A stretch of 64,000 nt of DNA from Chrysomallon squamiferum. Its lineage: Eukaryota > Animalia > Mollusca. Below the pieces are notes generated by a model. The model was not told the origin of the DNA. It ran no database searches and was given only the letters and a program-made list of their open reading frames with translations. The position numbers and the translations under genes are program-made. Below are positions 13,211 through 25,976 of this stretch, in pieces. How positions within the stretch are numbered: position 1 is the first letter of the stretch; the number at the start of each line of letters is the position of its first letter. Location of the stretch: contig CM022665.1 of assembly GCA_012295275.1 (NCBI GenBank), forward strand, positions 7,130,001 to 7,194,000, read 5' to 3'.

Positions 13211-16200
13211 TATACCTGCAGGTTAATATTTAATTAGCTGAAACTAATTTTAATATCCTAATAAAGGCTAAAAATAAGTATTTATAAAATCATGAATGAT
13301 ATTAAATCCACTATAATGAAATTTGATATTTGTTCTATTACGTTTTCAAATGAATTTTTAAATTTTAAATGTTTTTGGATTTTTAAATATTTTAATTTTA
13401 TTTTAATTCAAACCAACTGTCAGAAGTATAATGAGAAGCAGAAAGTATTAAATATAAAAGTTGATTAAAGTCACTCAGTGATGTGTAATCCGCCGTCTTT
13501 CTTTACATTATACGAATTATAAAATTTATAATATTTAATAAGAAAAAAAATGATTTTGACAAGATATTCATATTTCAAATGAAGATTATATATTATACAT
13601 AACTGTACAAGTACTATTATTTGTGTAAGAAGCCAGTATTAATTGTTTGGAAATAATGGTCGTCAAACATTACGTGGAAATTTTTTTTTGTAAAAACAGT
13701 TTATAATAAACAGCTCAAAGATCGTTTCACACATTTCTTAACTGTTCATAGGAATGCATGTAATTTTCTTGTGTCTTTTAATAAAGAATACCATTATCAA
13801 ACTGCCTCGAAAACGTGTTGGCTGAATCCGTCTTTGTAAATCTGTTATTTCAACGAAATCCTCACAGGAATTTAATAGCACTGAAACCTGTTATGTCGTG
13901 TTGGTGTTTGTTCTGGTGACGAGTCCACCAGATGGGACATTAATATTTAACTCCCTTTACACAATTAGACATGGTGTGATTAAGCTGATGATTCTGATGT
14001 CATTTCTCCGGGGAACGGCGCGCGCGTGTCGGGCAAGCGTATCGTATTATCCGCTATCGGCAATTGGCACCGCGCTGAAAACGCACATCAAATGAAGTTA
14101 AAGACGGAATTGTATCTCAAGGATATGTTATTAGTAATTTCTCGTTATACAGATTAGTTATGGTGCGGAGACTTTTACAAAACGAGGAGGAAAAAGAAAA
14201 AACAGACGAGGAAGTCTAAAACGGCACAAACAAATAATAATAACAACAAAATGAAGAATTTATTTGAAAAAAATAAAAAAATAAAAAAATAAAACATAAG
14301 CCAAATGCTGGAGAGAGATTAGAATTAACCCCTGTTTCAGAAATTTTTATTTCTAATTATACCGACCATAAAAGGTAACTTTCAAGAGAAACTCCTTTCA
14401 TTTAACAAACTACTACATCATTCACCCAGTGTCATTTCCAGATAAACAAAATAAAACAAAAAGAAATCGCAACACTAGTGGATGTCAAATATAAAGAAAA
14501 CCAAGAAAAACAAAATACAATGATTCAACAGAACATCCGAATTCGAATATCTAGGCGCAAGCTGCAGCGCAGGATAAAATGATTAAAACATTCTTTCTTT
14601 TCTCTTTTCATTAAAAAATAATAATTTTAATAATAATAAAAAAATTGGCACTATTGCAACAAATCACAAGCCGATAAACTGGTATAATTATAATACATTT
14701 AAAGTCCATGGTTTTCCACCGTTCATCATTTGTTTACCGTTCACATTTATATATACCTAATTACTCTGTAGATCATTATTTTAATAGATAAAAGAAGAAG
14801 AATTCTTGGACAAATGTCTTAGTTTCTACGTGTTGTTTCATCTAAACTGAATAGTGATATATATTTATCTGTTTTAATTTTCCCGTCGATTCCGCCATGT
14901 ATGGTAGTGTGTGTAGTTTACATTTCTGTGCAACTACTGCACTTTTTATTTTCACTTCAGCTGGTGAAAACATTTTTAAGGTACAGAAACATGCTTCAGA
15001 TCACTGTAAGACTTTTGTTTGTTGTATTTTCAGAAACTAACAACATAATGTACAGAAAGCAGCCATTACTTTTTTTTTTTTTTTTTTATTCTAATTATTT
15101 ATTAAATTAAATTTCAGACATACACAATTATATAGAAAGAAAAAAGAAAGATTACATTCGTTATTTCATTTTCGTATTTTTCCCATCTCCGTAGGTTGGT
15201 TGGTTCAAATACATCTAGTTGAATTTCGGAATCATCAACAATTCTGACAAACTAACGTCTTCTATCTGGGTTCATAAAAATTATTCAAAAACATTTTTAC
15301 CATTATAAATTCATGATTTTATTTTAGAGTCGGTAGATAAAGTATTTACATAGCAATTTTCCGTAATTTTTTGTTTTTTTGTTTATTTTGTTTTGTTTTC
15401 AGTGTTAGTCTAAAATTGGTATTTCTGCTTAATTTCTGATTCAGTGTACAGTGTCGCATTTTTTATTCTGCTAAATATCTTGCTGTTGATATTGCCTAGC
15501 TTCTCGATTGTATCCATCCAGTGAAAAACAGAAACATCCAGTATTTGCTGCGCACTACAGTTAATGTGACAGAATTAATAAACTAAAGTAAACTTTGTAA
15601 TAACGAATGTAACATTGTTGTTTTAAGCTGAACATTACAAAATGAAACTTGCAAATACTTAACGAAATGTTTCGCAACAAACAGAATCTAGCAAATTATT
15701 AACGATCAGAACTCATAAAAAGAATCTTTAAAAAAGTTTTTCACTTTACTGTTTGCCTCATTTTGCAAACAGGGCATTTGATTGGCTGCAGCTATTTGAG
15801 TAAAGGCCATATTGCCCGTGATGTAAAAGCGCTAGGTTATCGATCTTTTTAGAGCCTATTGGTTCGCGTTGCTAACTCAATAACCAGCAACAGATCATCG
15901 ATTTAGATGGTGTCAAAGACACAAGTGGTCAACGCTAAAATATTCTCGTGGGCCAATCAATTACAGCTCGCAATTCATCCAAACAGGAATCACCCATTCT
16001 AACTAAATGAAGAAAACATCTTTTATTTTTTAATTATTTCCTCCTGGTTACGGATTAAATTTCATTTTTTTCCCCTTTCTTTATTACTTATTGAACAATA
16101 CTGATTATTTTCATACGATACGTTTTCCGTTTAACATGCAGTTTAAAAAGAAAAGAAAATAAAGTCTTTGCTCTTTTTAAAAAAATTCGTTCTGATTTTA

Positions 16201-18084
16201 ATAGAATTTATGAGAAATATTAGTGCAACATGGAAGTAATGGTGTAACCATTATTAAAGGAGGAATAATTTAATCGATCATCATAGTGGCACCTTTAGAT
16301 CATAGTTTTAATACATACTATCAGTTTTCATCTACCAAAAGAAAATACGCTTTACATTTTAACGCATTTTGTGTCTTTGTACGCGTGTCTGTGCAATTAA
16401 AACACCCAAGAAATATTTTCACATCCAACGCAATACACCCCTGGAATGACGTGATGTGCAGAGCACGTGAATTTTCACGAGCATCTTGTCAGCGTGTTGC
16501 AGATGTACCTGACATAAATAGACCACAGCACCTGGCAAAAACAAATGAAGATGCACGGAATTGTATTGCACTACATTATGAAAATAAAACTGAAACTCAA
16601 TAGCCCTGGGAAACGCTGCAAGATTACAGCTCTTCATAGGTGCATAGTGACCTCGCCCGAAAAACCAGTTCAGCTCTGGCATCCTTTTCTACCTTGAACT
16701 TAATCTTTCTTGCGTAAGTATCTACAAAGGTTGCGGCGAGCTTTTCTGCTTCCATCTGGAAGCTCCCGGGCACAAGCAAGAATTGAAAAAATATGGCGGA
16801 CATGCATTTCTGAAGATTGATAAGAAATATTTCATTAAAAAAAATAAATAAAAAAATAAAAATAAAAATCTCATAGAATCTTAAAATACTTCTTTTTTCT
16901 TTTTTGTGACTTTTTAGATTATGACATTAAAGTTAAAGGAATAATTTTACTACTTTTCCTGATATTAGAAAAATGTACGCCAGCGTTCATGTACACATAT
17001 ATAGTATTTAAGTAAACGTGCGTATGAATGAAGAAAAACCTCCAAGATCAGCGGTTTGCTGAGCAACTGTACAACCACAGAAAACTACAGAAAACACAGA
17101 ACGTACAATGCATGTTACTGTAAACAAATTTGTACAAATTGAAACAACTTTTGTTTTCAGAACGTTAATAACTTGCCTTCTTCCGAAAATAAAACATCAC
17201 TCTCTCTCGTTATCTTGCTTAACCTAACCTACTCTATATCAAGTGATGAGCCAAAACGTTGTTTGAAAACTGCAGCTGAAAAATTGGAAAGACGTCAGAA
17301 ATGCAGCAAGACCGATGACTGTGATGACTGTTGTCATCATATTCATGATTTGAAATCATTAAAAGAAAAACATTTCTTTACTTAGGTATTTTTACATGAA
17401 TACAAGTAATACAGTTATGAATACACCAGTTTTCTCAAATATTCCGTTTTCTTATTTACATTAATAAGATTAATAAGGACCAATAATAATAATAAGCAAA
17501 GGTTTTAAACTGAATGCATTCACTTACAATAACAAAATAATAAATAGGCGTATTCTTTAAAACGATAGATCAATTAAACTAGGAGAGAAAAAAGTATTTT
17601 TCGCAATATTGGCGCTTAAACTGTGGTACAAGATTAAAAAAAAAAAAAAAAACTAATTAAACTGTTTTTGATGGCGTGTGTCTAAACGTGTTGTGGGGAA
17701 TCAATATATTTGCTTAAGCTGTAATATTAGAATGATTTCACATCTGACGGTGCTGCTCATTGATTGGGAGGAATGTTCAAAGATTAAAAGCTGAAAGATC
17801 TTTTAAATATTCTGTGCGGACATGCTGCATTTTGAATGTACATTGCCTATGAAGTTTTGACATCTAAATTAAAACAATAATAACAATACAAATAATAAAA
17901 TAAAATAATATAACTAAAGTTAAATAATAATAAAAAATAAATCAATATTTAATACTTTAGAAATTAATGAAACCCGCAAGTAAATAATATATAATAAATT
18001 AAAAATTAAACATTAATAATAATAAAAGGTAAAAGAATAATAATAATAAATTATTATTCTTATTAATACTACTGCTACAACAAC

Positions 18085-18140
<56 letters not shown>
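18085..18140 (+). repeat. (TAT)n microsatellite
   Basis: Direct reading. Confidence 0.9.
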
Positions 18141-18142
<2 letters not shown>

Positions 18143-21100
18143 TAACTACCCAACAAAATGCATGTAACAATAATATTTTTTAAATAGTTAAAATTAAATA
18201 AAATAAAATTTAGTTGTTTATTCTTGTTAGTATTGCTTTCGTCGTTGTCACCTGGTTTGAACAATTGTTTATCGGGATAAACATACGATCTGTTCGGACT
18301 AAAGACATGTAACCTCAGCATTTAAATTGACTTATTTAGCCACAATATCCATTCCATCATCATCTGACACCGCGAACCGGAGCAGACATTTTCTTTTTGT
18401 TAATTTTCCGATTCAAATTAAATGAACAAAAATAAAAGATTCAGATGGTATTTCTCATTATTATATTTTATTCATAATTCATAAAAATAATTTTGCACTA
18501 TCAACCACACCTTTTTATTTTTTTTATTTTGTATACTGATAATAAATAAATAATAAATAATACCTTTCTTTTCATTTTACATTTGTAACCAATAGCTCAC
18601 ACGATCTGTGTTGTGATATATGTGCGTGTGTGCGTGCGTGTGTGCGTGCGGCTGGGTATACAAACTGAAAATAATTCTATATTTAATTTTAAACAGTTTT
18701 ATACATGCATTCGCGTCATAAAAATAAGTTTAAAAATTCAGCAAGACACTTTTTCATTACCTGTAATTGGTGCAAACCAAAGTGTTACAGATACCAACTT
18801 TTTGCTGGAGATTCGAATTTTGAAAGAACCATTAACACCTCCCTTAGCTTTGGTTAACGACACACTTAGAACTGATAGTGACTAAATCGAGTAGTAAAAT
18901 GTTATTTAATATGTTGTTTAAGGTAAGTTATATTAAAGGTAATGAAAATCGTACTCTGGTTGTTTTAACTTCGTTCTAGCATTGTTTCTTTTTTAAATTA
19001 GGATATATGTATATATGAAATTTCTGTTAATTAAACCGTTTCAAATAAATCAAGGGTTATCTAATAAAATGTTTCACCTTTTTTGATCATTATAGTAAAT
19101 TATACTTTATTATTGATTAGGCATAACGTACACTTAGGACGCCGATGTCGAACAACTCCTGTATTATAGATAACTATGATACGTCTTGATGTTTTCTAAC
19201 CTTATCGATACGGTGAACTCGAGAAATAAATAAACAAGTAAATAAATACCCCCCCCTCCCCATCAAACAACTATTAGGTTTACTTTCAAATAGGTAAGTA
19301 ACCAAGGGATTTTTTACTTGTTGATATCTGAACATTTCATAACATTAGGTTCCTCGTCTGTTTAAAACTAATTGTGAAATACGAGAAATGACTAATTTGA
19401 TAATCTTTCCTTTTTATATTTTTATTTTATAACAGCAGATCTGGTATTATAAGGTCATTAACAGTTTCATTATCTGGTTGCGTTACTGAAAATGGATTTC
19501 ATGTATAAAATGAGAAACATTATTGATAAAAAGGCACATTACGTTTCGCTTTACATCCTGTTTATTTTGATTCTCCTTGTGGTTCTTTTTGTTTTTTGTT
19601 TTGTTTTTTTGTTTGGTCTTTTTTTTTAGTGGGAGAGGTTATTAAGGCGATATTTAAACTCACTGGAATAAGATTATAGAAAATTTATGAATATACTTAA
19701 AAACAGAAAATAATAAAATTATTTCTTTCGAAATCATTTACAATAAAATATGTGTAATAACCATATTACTTTAAAGAAATGTACATCATTTAAAATAATA
19801 AATAAGAACGCTGTAATTAATTATATGTATTACTGTCTTTCAAATTGGGGGTTTCTCATAACTGAATTTTTCTCTCAGGGTTTGAATTCTCAGCAACAAC
19901 ATATCTAATAAACACAACCAACTTCAGTTTCGTCGTAATTTCAAAATATAAAGCATATTCTCAAACAAAACCACAGAACAATAACATGAGTTTATATTTA
20001 AGCAAACAACGGCTATTTCGATTTTAATTATTATCATCATCGTTTTATTCTTACTTTTATTATTTTATTTATTTATTTATTTATTTATTATTATTATCGT
20101 TTCACGTGTAAAAATATAGCAGAATTTACACTTTTTAAAAACTAGGGATGAACTATATATTGCTTAGAAACAAGCAGATTCAAGTGAAATGAACTAAATG
20201 AAATTTGAAGAGATCTATTTAAGACGAGAGTGAATAATAAACAATGTTTACACCTACTACAACAGAAATGAAAACAGTGAATGGTTTTTGAAAATAAAAT
20301 AAACGCTTCACTGTTACAGCAGTAACGATTACAACTGATATTTAAATTCTCACAATAAAACATGATATTTTGTCACTGAGACACTTTACTGCGGAGAATA
20401 CAGCTCAACAAACGACTGCCGCAAGTAAAGTGTCCATGGGGGAAAAAATACAAAGTTTACTTATTAAGAAAACTCCGTCCTCGTGTTTTTCTTCTTTTTT
20501 TTTTTTTTTGTTGTTTCTTTTCTTTCTGCACGAGAATTTCGGTTTACTCTAAGATGCACGCCTGTATATATCATTCATACAATTGTTCAATGCAGCTATT
20601 GAAATGTCTCTGTGTTATGGGCAAGGCGAAATGTGAGAAATCACCCACGCATACAAGTAAAACCACTGTCAGCAGCATACCTGGTGTCATTTGCCGGTTG
20701 ACTTCACATACGTTATCCATTGCATGTAATTGTGCACAGCCGACAGTGATATTCATACTAAATAGTAAATCTTATTTGTATGTTTACACAGTGTTAACAC
20801 CCTCCAAAACATGTACATACATGAGCATTTCACGCTATATGTAATATGCATTAACCCACATAAATAAATGTTTTTATATAATATTAAACTAAATTCTTTT
20901 ACACTCTACGTAATTGTTTTAATACACTTATATAATTAAAATAAATACGAATAATGTCAGTCTTGTAAAATGAGCTTTCATATAGTTTATTTTACTTACT
21001 TTCCATGGTTAATTTTAATATCCTTTTTGCTTGAATTTGGGAAATGGCGATTTTAACTGGCAAGTGAAAAGTAATTAAAAATAATACATTTAATAAAATG

Positions 21101-21226
21101 TTAATTATAATAATTTCTGTTTATATATTTTATTTTTTATTTTTATTTTTATTTTAGTGTTGTTGTTTTCGTGTGTGTGTGTGTGTGTGTGTTTTTTGTT
21201 GTTGTTGTTTTTTTTTTTAAACTTAC

Positions 21227-21562
21227 CGTCCAAGCAAAATTAAATGGTAATCTCTGTCGAGTCTGTGAACTTTCGGGTGGGTATATAAAGGAATTTCCAC
21301 CAAGGACCGAAGTTGAAATATTTCCAAAAGTACATTCACTTTTCTCCCGGACAAATGACTGATATTCCTTCAGGCAGATTTCAAACTTTGTTTCGCAGCT
21401 ATCGCTACACATACCAGTAGCATCCCGGGTACCGTCGCAACACGTGCCATCAGCCAGTTCCCCACGTAGATTCTGCAGCGACAAAATTTGTAATTCAAAG
21501 TAACCGTCCGCAATACAAACTTGAAGAATTCCAAGCAAAATTGCCAAACCCAGCGGATGCAT
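21227..21562 (-). CDS. JAG: Jagged/Serrate-type Notch ligand, first coding exon (signal peptide + N-terminal MNNL/C2 domain); remainder apparently lies left of the window
   Basis: Translation MHPLGLAILLGILQVCIA-DGYFELQILSLQNLRGELADGTCCDG...CETKFEICLKEYQS...CTFGNISTSVLGGNSF...LPFNFAWT shows a hydrophobic signal peptide followed by MNNL motifs. CLKEYQ and FAW are Jagged/Serrate-like (Delta has CLKHYQ). The exon ends ACG|GTAAGT in phase 0 at 21227, the same position as the intron after FAWP in vertebrate JAG1. 336 nt = 112 codons. Confidence 0.9.
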
Positions 21563-23130
21563 AGTTTAAAGGAACTAATCCATGCCTTGAGAGTTGTTCC
21601 TCAATTTTGAAGGATGCTACCTGAATCATGAAATTATAGCAGCGAAGAGCGACTTCTTCTCTTCTATCCAACATTCCTAGAGTTGGAAAACTTTTTTTTC
21701 TGATTATTCATATGAAGTATTCCGAGTACTAGAGACGTCTGAAGTAAAATTATCAAACTGTGTAATAAACATAACGTACAATTATTTTCCACCACCGTCA
21801 GCGAAAAAAAAAAGTTGATGAATATTTTTATAGTACTATCTCTACACACTGTGGGAATAAGACACTATCCCGATAGATGTTTTTATTTTTAGTGTAGCAG
21901 TATGCGCATGCTCCACAGCTCAATTAAAGGGCCCGCACTTCACACGCGAGATGAGCTTTGTGCTTTGCGCGTTGAATTGTTAAAAGACCACCTCCAAATA
22001 GATGACGATAAAGATGATAAAATTGCCTTTCGACCATCCGTGATACTGCACGAACCAAACAAAAGAATTGTTCTACAATTTAGAAAACGGTTGCAATCCG
22101 TTACACGAGCAGTAACGAATATTTATCGAATATGGTTGCCACAAGTGATCCGTCATTTAGATAGGCACGCGCCTCTCCATACATCCAGCACGTGCGGTCG
22201 GAGCAAAGTCATAATACGTACTGAATTTTAAATGAAATAATCTCGTGCTTAATGTTTATTTTCAGTGTGTTTTAATTTCTGTGTTTATTGAAAGAAAGAA
22301 TAATAAAAATAAAATAAAATAAATAGAAGAAAGAATGAAATGAAAATAAAAGATAAGCAGTAGAAATTATTTTTTTTATAATTAATCCAATTGGTTATGT
22401 CTGTATGTATTAAATTTATGTATGTATATTTTAAAGCAGTTTCCACTGTTTTAGGAATTTTTATGCTCACCTATTACATACTTCGTTTATGCCCACACGC
22501 ACATAACTCTATATAAATTAACACACATACAAAGAAAAAAGAACTGGATGAAACTTCGTTGTTAATTTATTATTTACGTATTTGTTAAAATGGGAACTTG
22601 TGCGCTGCTCTTTTTAGATTCGCTAAGATGACAGCCTAATAACATCTAACAACAAACGTCAGTAGAAATAAATTATTTTATAAAAATAAAATATTAATAC
22701 TGAATGGGTGTTAACAGCTCAGGGTCGTCCAATTTCATTGAAAACTTACTTTAAACATAATAGATGGAGCCTACCTTTATATGCACCTGCACAATACAAT
22801 CACTTTTTATTTCATCTACCGTTCTTGTTATTTTCGACATTACAAAAATCTTACGCGATGCAGGAAAATATTATATACCTGCGTTTCTAACATGAAGAAG
22901 CTCAGAAACGAGTTAGTATATAATTGTTTTGACAGTTCTCACTTCTCCCACTGCAATGAGAGACCGTGGGAAAGTTGAATTCGCTACTGCAGTCAGGAAT
23001 TAAGAAACGGTCTGTCACTGCGACATATACCTGCCGAAAACGCGGCTGTCCGTGTCGAACTAGTTCGAGCTCGCCTCGGATTGGTACGGAGTTTACCGAT
23101 CTATCATCGCTTGGACACACACTTTTAAAC
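21563..23130 (-). promoter_or_regulatory. Jagged 5'UTR/promoter region with Su(H)/CSL and Hes-type sites
   Basis: CpG-rich. Minus-strand TATAAAAA about 21825-21832; TGTGGGAA 21850-21857; TTCACACG 21939-21946; GGCACGCGCC 22164-22173; GCACGTGC 22188-22195; CGTGGGAA 22965-22972. The TSS cannot be determined from sequence. Confidence 0.5.
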
Positions 23131-23271
23131 ATCCTTCACTCAAGTAGCATAATATAATATATAGTTTACACTTGTCACAGGGAAAGAAATATCTGATTAA
23201 TATTGTTGGGATGATTAATTTTTAATTTTATGTTGTTGTTTTTTCTTAAGAAATAAAAAAAATAAAAATAT

Positions 23272-23336
<65 letters not shown>

Positions 23337-24814
23337 TAAAAAATAATTAAACACGAAAAAAAAAAAAAAAAAAAAAAATAATAAAAAATTATATAAATAA
23401 ATAAGAATAATTATTAATAAATTAATACTAATAACATGAACAACAGTGACAGTAATAATAATATCAAACTATTAATGTTAACATATCAAATAACGTATTA
23501 CATAAATATATTAACGATGATGTTGATGATAATAATAAATAAATAAATATATAAATAAGAAAATATATTCTGTGATAGATATACTACTATTCTCTTCCAA
23601 TATTTTCTGTGACATTTATTCATTTAAAAAAAAAAAAAAAAAAAAAAATCATGATTGTATTTAAATGATACAGAAATTTAAAATACTGATTCTGAAAGTC
23701 TTGAAATATTCTAAGTTAAAAACTACTGTAAATCTATCATCAATTAGCTTATACAGTGTTTTTATACAAGGAACATCTACTTGAAACAAACAACTTTTGT
23801 CATCTTTATCTGTGAAGTTTTTGTGCAATATAGTTAATGACTGTAGAAAGGAAGCTTAAACATTAAAAGTATAAATATTTTATTAATTTCTTTAAAATAT
23901 TTTATTTTTCATTTCATTATGTTTTCTCTTCCCTCTTAATAAAAAAGGCCAGTAACAAAGAATGATGAATGCAAAACTGATGTAAATAAAAATGAGATTC
24001 AAATTAACCTTGAAGTAAGCTGATAATAAATACATTCTTATATACTGTTTTAGAAATATATTTTCTGAAAGTATTCTGTGTCTTTTCAAATCAGCAAACA
24101 AATAAAACATACAGTACAGTACATTACATTTTTAAATAACGTTGTTCAGAATTATAGAAATTAATAATTTTTATGTGTATTTTTCCAACAGATAGGAACG
24201 TACATACCAGGTCTTTGATAAAGCATTCAGAGGCTTTGGTTGATACAGAAAACTGCACCAAAGAGAATTTACGCCAACAGTCTATCTTTTAATCACAGGC
24301 AACTTCAGCGACATTTACAAAAGTATAAAACACATATATCACATCCATCACACTGCATAACACAGAATATCCCAGTTATAAAATAAAGTATTTATATTCT
24401 TCTTAATAAATTATTTAGAACAGATTACAAAGATAAAAATATTAAGATTCTGGAGCGCAAAATTGTGTTGAAAACAGTCTTGAAACGCTCAAGAATTGGA
24501 ATTTCAAAAAGGTCTATTAATATATGTGTTTTTTTCCCCCCATTAGTTTTAAAACAGGCAACTCGTTTACTTTTCACTTTTCTTATTATCGTAAAATATT
24601 CTTTTATTACCATTTTGTGAGGTATTACAACAAGAAAACTTGTAATTTTGGCGCCTAAATCGTTGACATGCAAGTGTTGACTCGAAGCGTGCCACAATCG
24701 AGTTGGCGTGGGAAATCTGAAAACAAAATCAACATGATGACAAGTAGCTTTTGTTCACTGTAATTTCAAATGTAAACGTTCGTTGACTTTTCGATTCTCC
24801 TAAAATACAAACAT

Positions 24815-24977
24815 CAGAGGTGGATCCAGAATACCACGAGGGAGAGGGCGCCATCTGCATGTCGGGATACGAAAATAGTTTAATTATAAAGATAAAAACA
24901 GGTCCTAACAAAAAAAAAAAAAAAAAATGGGGAGAATCATTCTCGTTTCGACCCCTCTTCCCTTGAATCTGTGAGTG
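24815..24977. mobile_element. Degenerate short MITE-like element (CAGGGGCGGATCCAG-type ends)
   Basis: Starts CAGAGGTGGATCCAGAA...GAGGGAGAGGGCG and ends CGACCCCTCTTCCCTTGAATCTGTGAGTG, a degenerate inverted copy. A similar left end (AGGGCCGGATCCTGG) occurs at about 25135. Confidence 0.3.
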
Positions 24978-25305
24978 TCTTTGTAAGAGACAGCAGACAG
25001 CGCGTGCAGCTATTTGGAATGTAAATCGAGTCACATTGTCTTTTGTTGAATACAACTGAAAACAAATAGAAACTGTTTTCAAAACTGACCGTAAAAACAA
25101 AGTTGCTTGCTTCAATAAATAAGAAGACATTACGAGGGCCGGATCCTGGCTGAAAAAAAGGGACGGGGCGCTGTTACTGTCGTTTCAAAATTAACTCAGT
25201 TTATGTATAACGGTAGAAATCACAAAACGTAACAAACCACAGCAATAAAATGGAAAAGGAGAAGAAGAAGAAACGAAAGAAAAGAAAGGAAAACAACGCA
25301 AATAA

Positions 25306-25338
<33 letters not shown>

Positions 25339-25402
25339 ATAATAATAATAAAATAAAATAAAATAAAATAAAATAAAAATAAAATAAAAATAAGTAAATA
25401 AG

Positions 25403-25433
<31 letters not shown>

Positions 25434-25869
25434 TAAAAAATATATAAAAAAATAAAAAAATAAATTAATAAAAAATAAAATAAATTACCACATCTAAATC
25501 CGGCCGTTGAACACAACAAATATTTAAAAAAGTAAGTACAAACCTGAAAAAATATTCAGTGGCATATAGTACGACCAAGTCACTGTAACTTTAAGCACCT
25601 TTCGTGGAAATGTGTCATATAACAGTTCTCATGACCTCTCTTCTATTCTTCTTCAATATCTTTTTGAAATACTTAACACATCTGCCTGCCTGAGGATAGT
25701 TGTGTATAACAGTTTTCTACCCGTGTCGCTGATACAATTCATTCTCTAACATAAAATGTAACATTAAATGAAATATGTTCAAAGGGATGTTGGTGAAAGA
25801 TCTCTTGTATAGGAAAAGTAATAATAATAAAAACAATTTCTGAATATTAAATGGTATATGTATGAAGAA

Positions 25870-25976
<107 letters not shown>

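Noticed and set aside
17222-17285. Hammerhead-ribozyme-like TGATGAG...GAAA
   Set aside because: The core lacks the CTGATGA consensus and no flanking stems are evident.
1-21226. Further Jagged exons (expected next: R-S-Y/F-T-L...EAWD, then DSL and EGF repeats)
   Set aside because: No matching exon found by eye on the - strand. The region is treated as intron, although a short divergent exon could have been missed.
21850-21946. Su(H) paired site (SPS)
   Set aside because: The two opposed CSL-like sites are about 80 bp apart, far from the 15-17 bp SPS spacing.
25220-25519. Hydrophobic 99-aa ORF and similar F/I/L/Y-rich or CV-repeat ORFs (e.g. 6274-6489, 28001-28234, 39548-39751)
   Set aside because: Translations of poly-A/T tracts and microsatellites; no domain or splice support.
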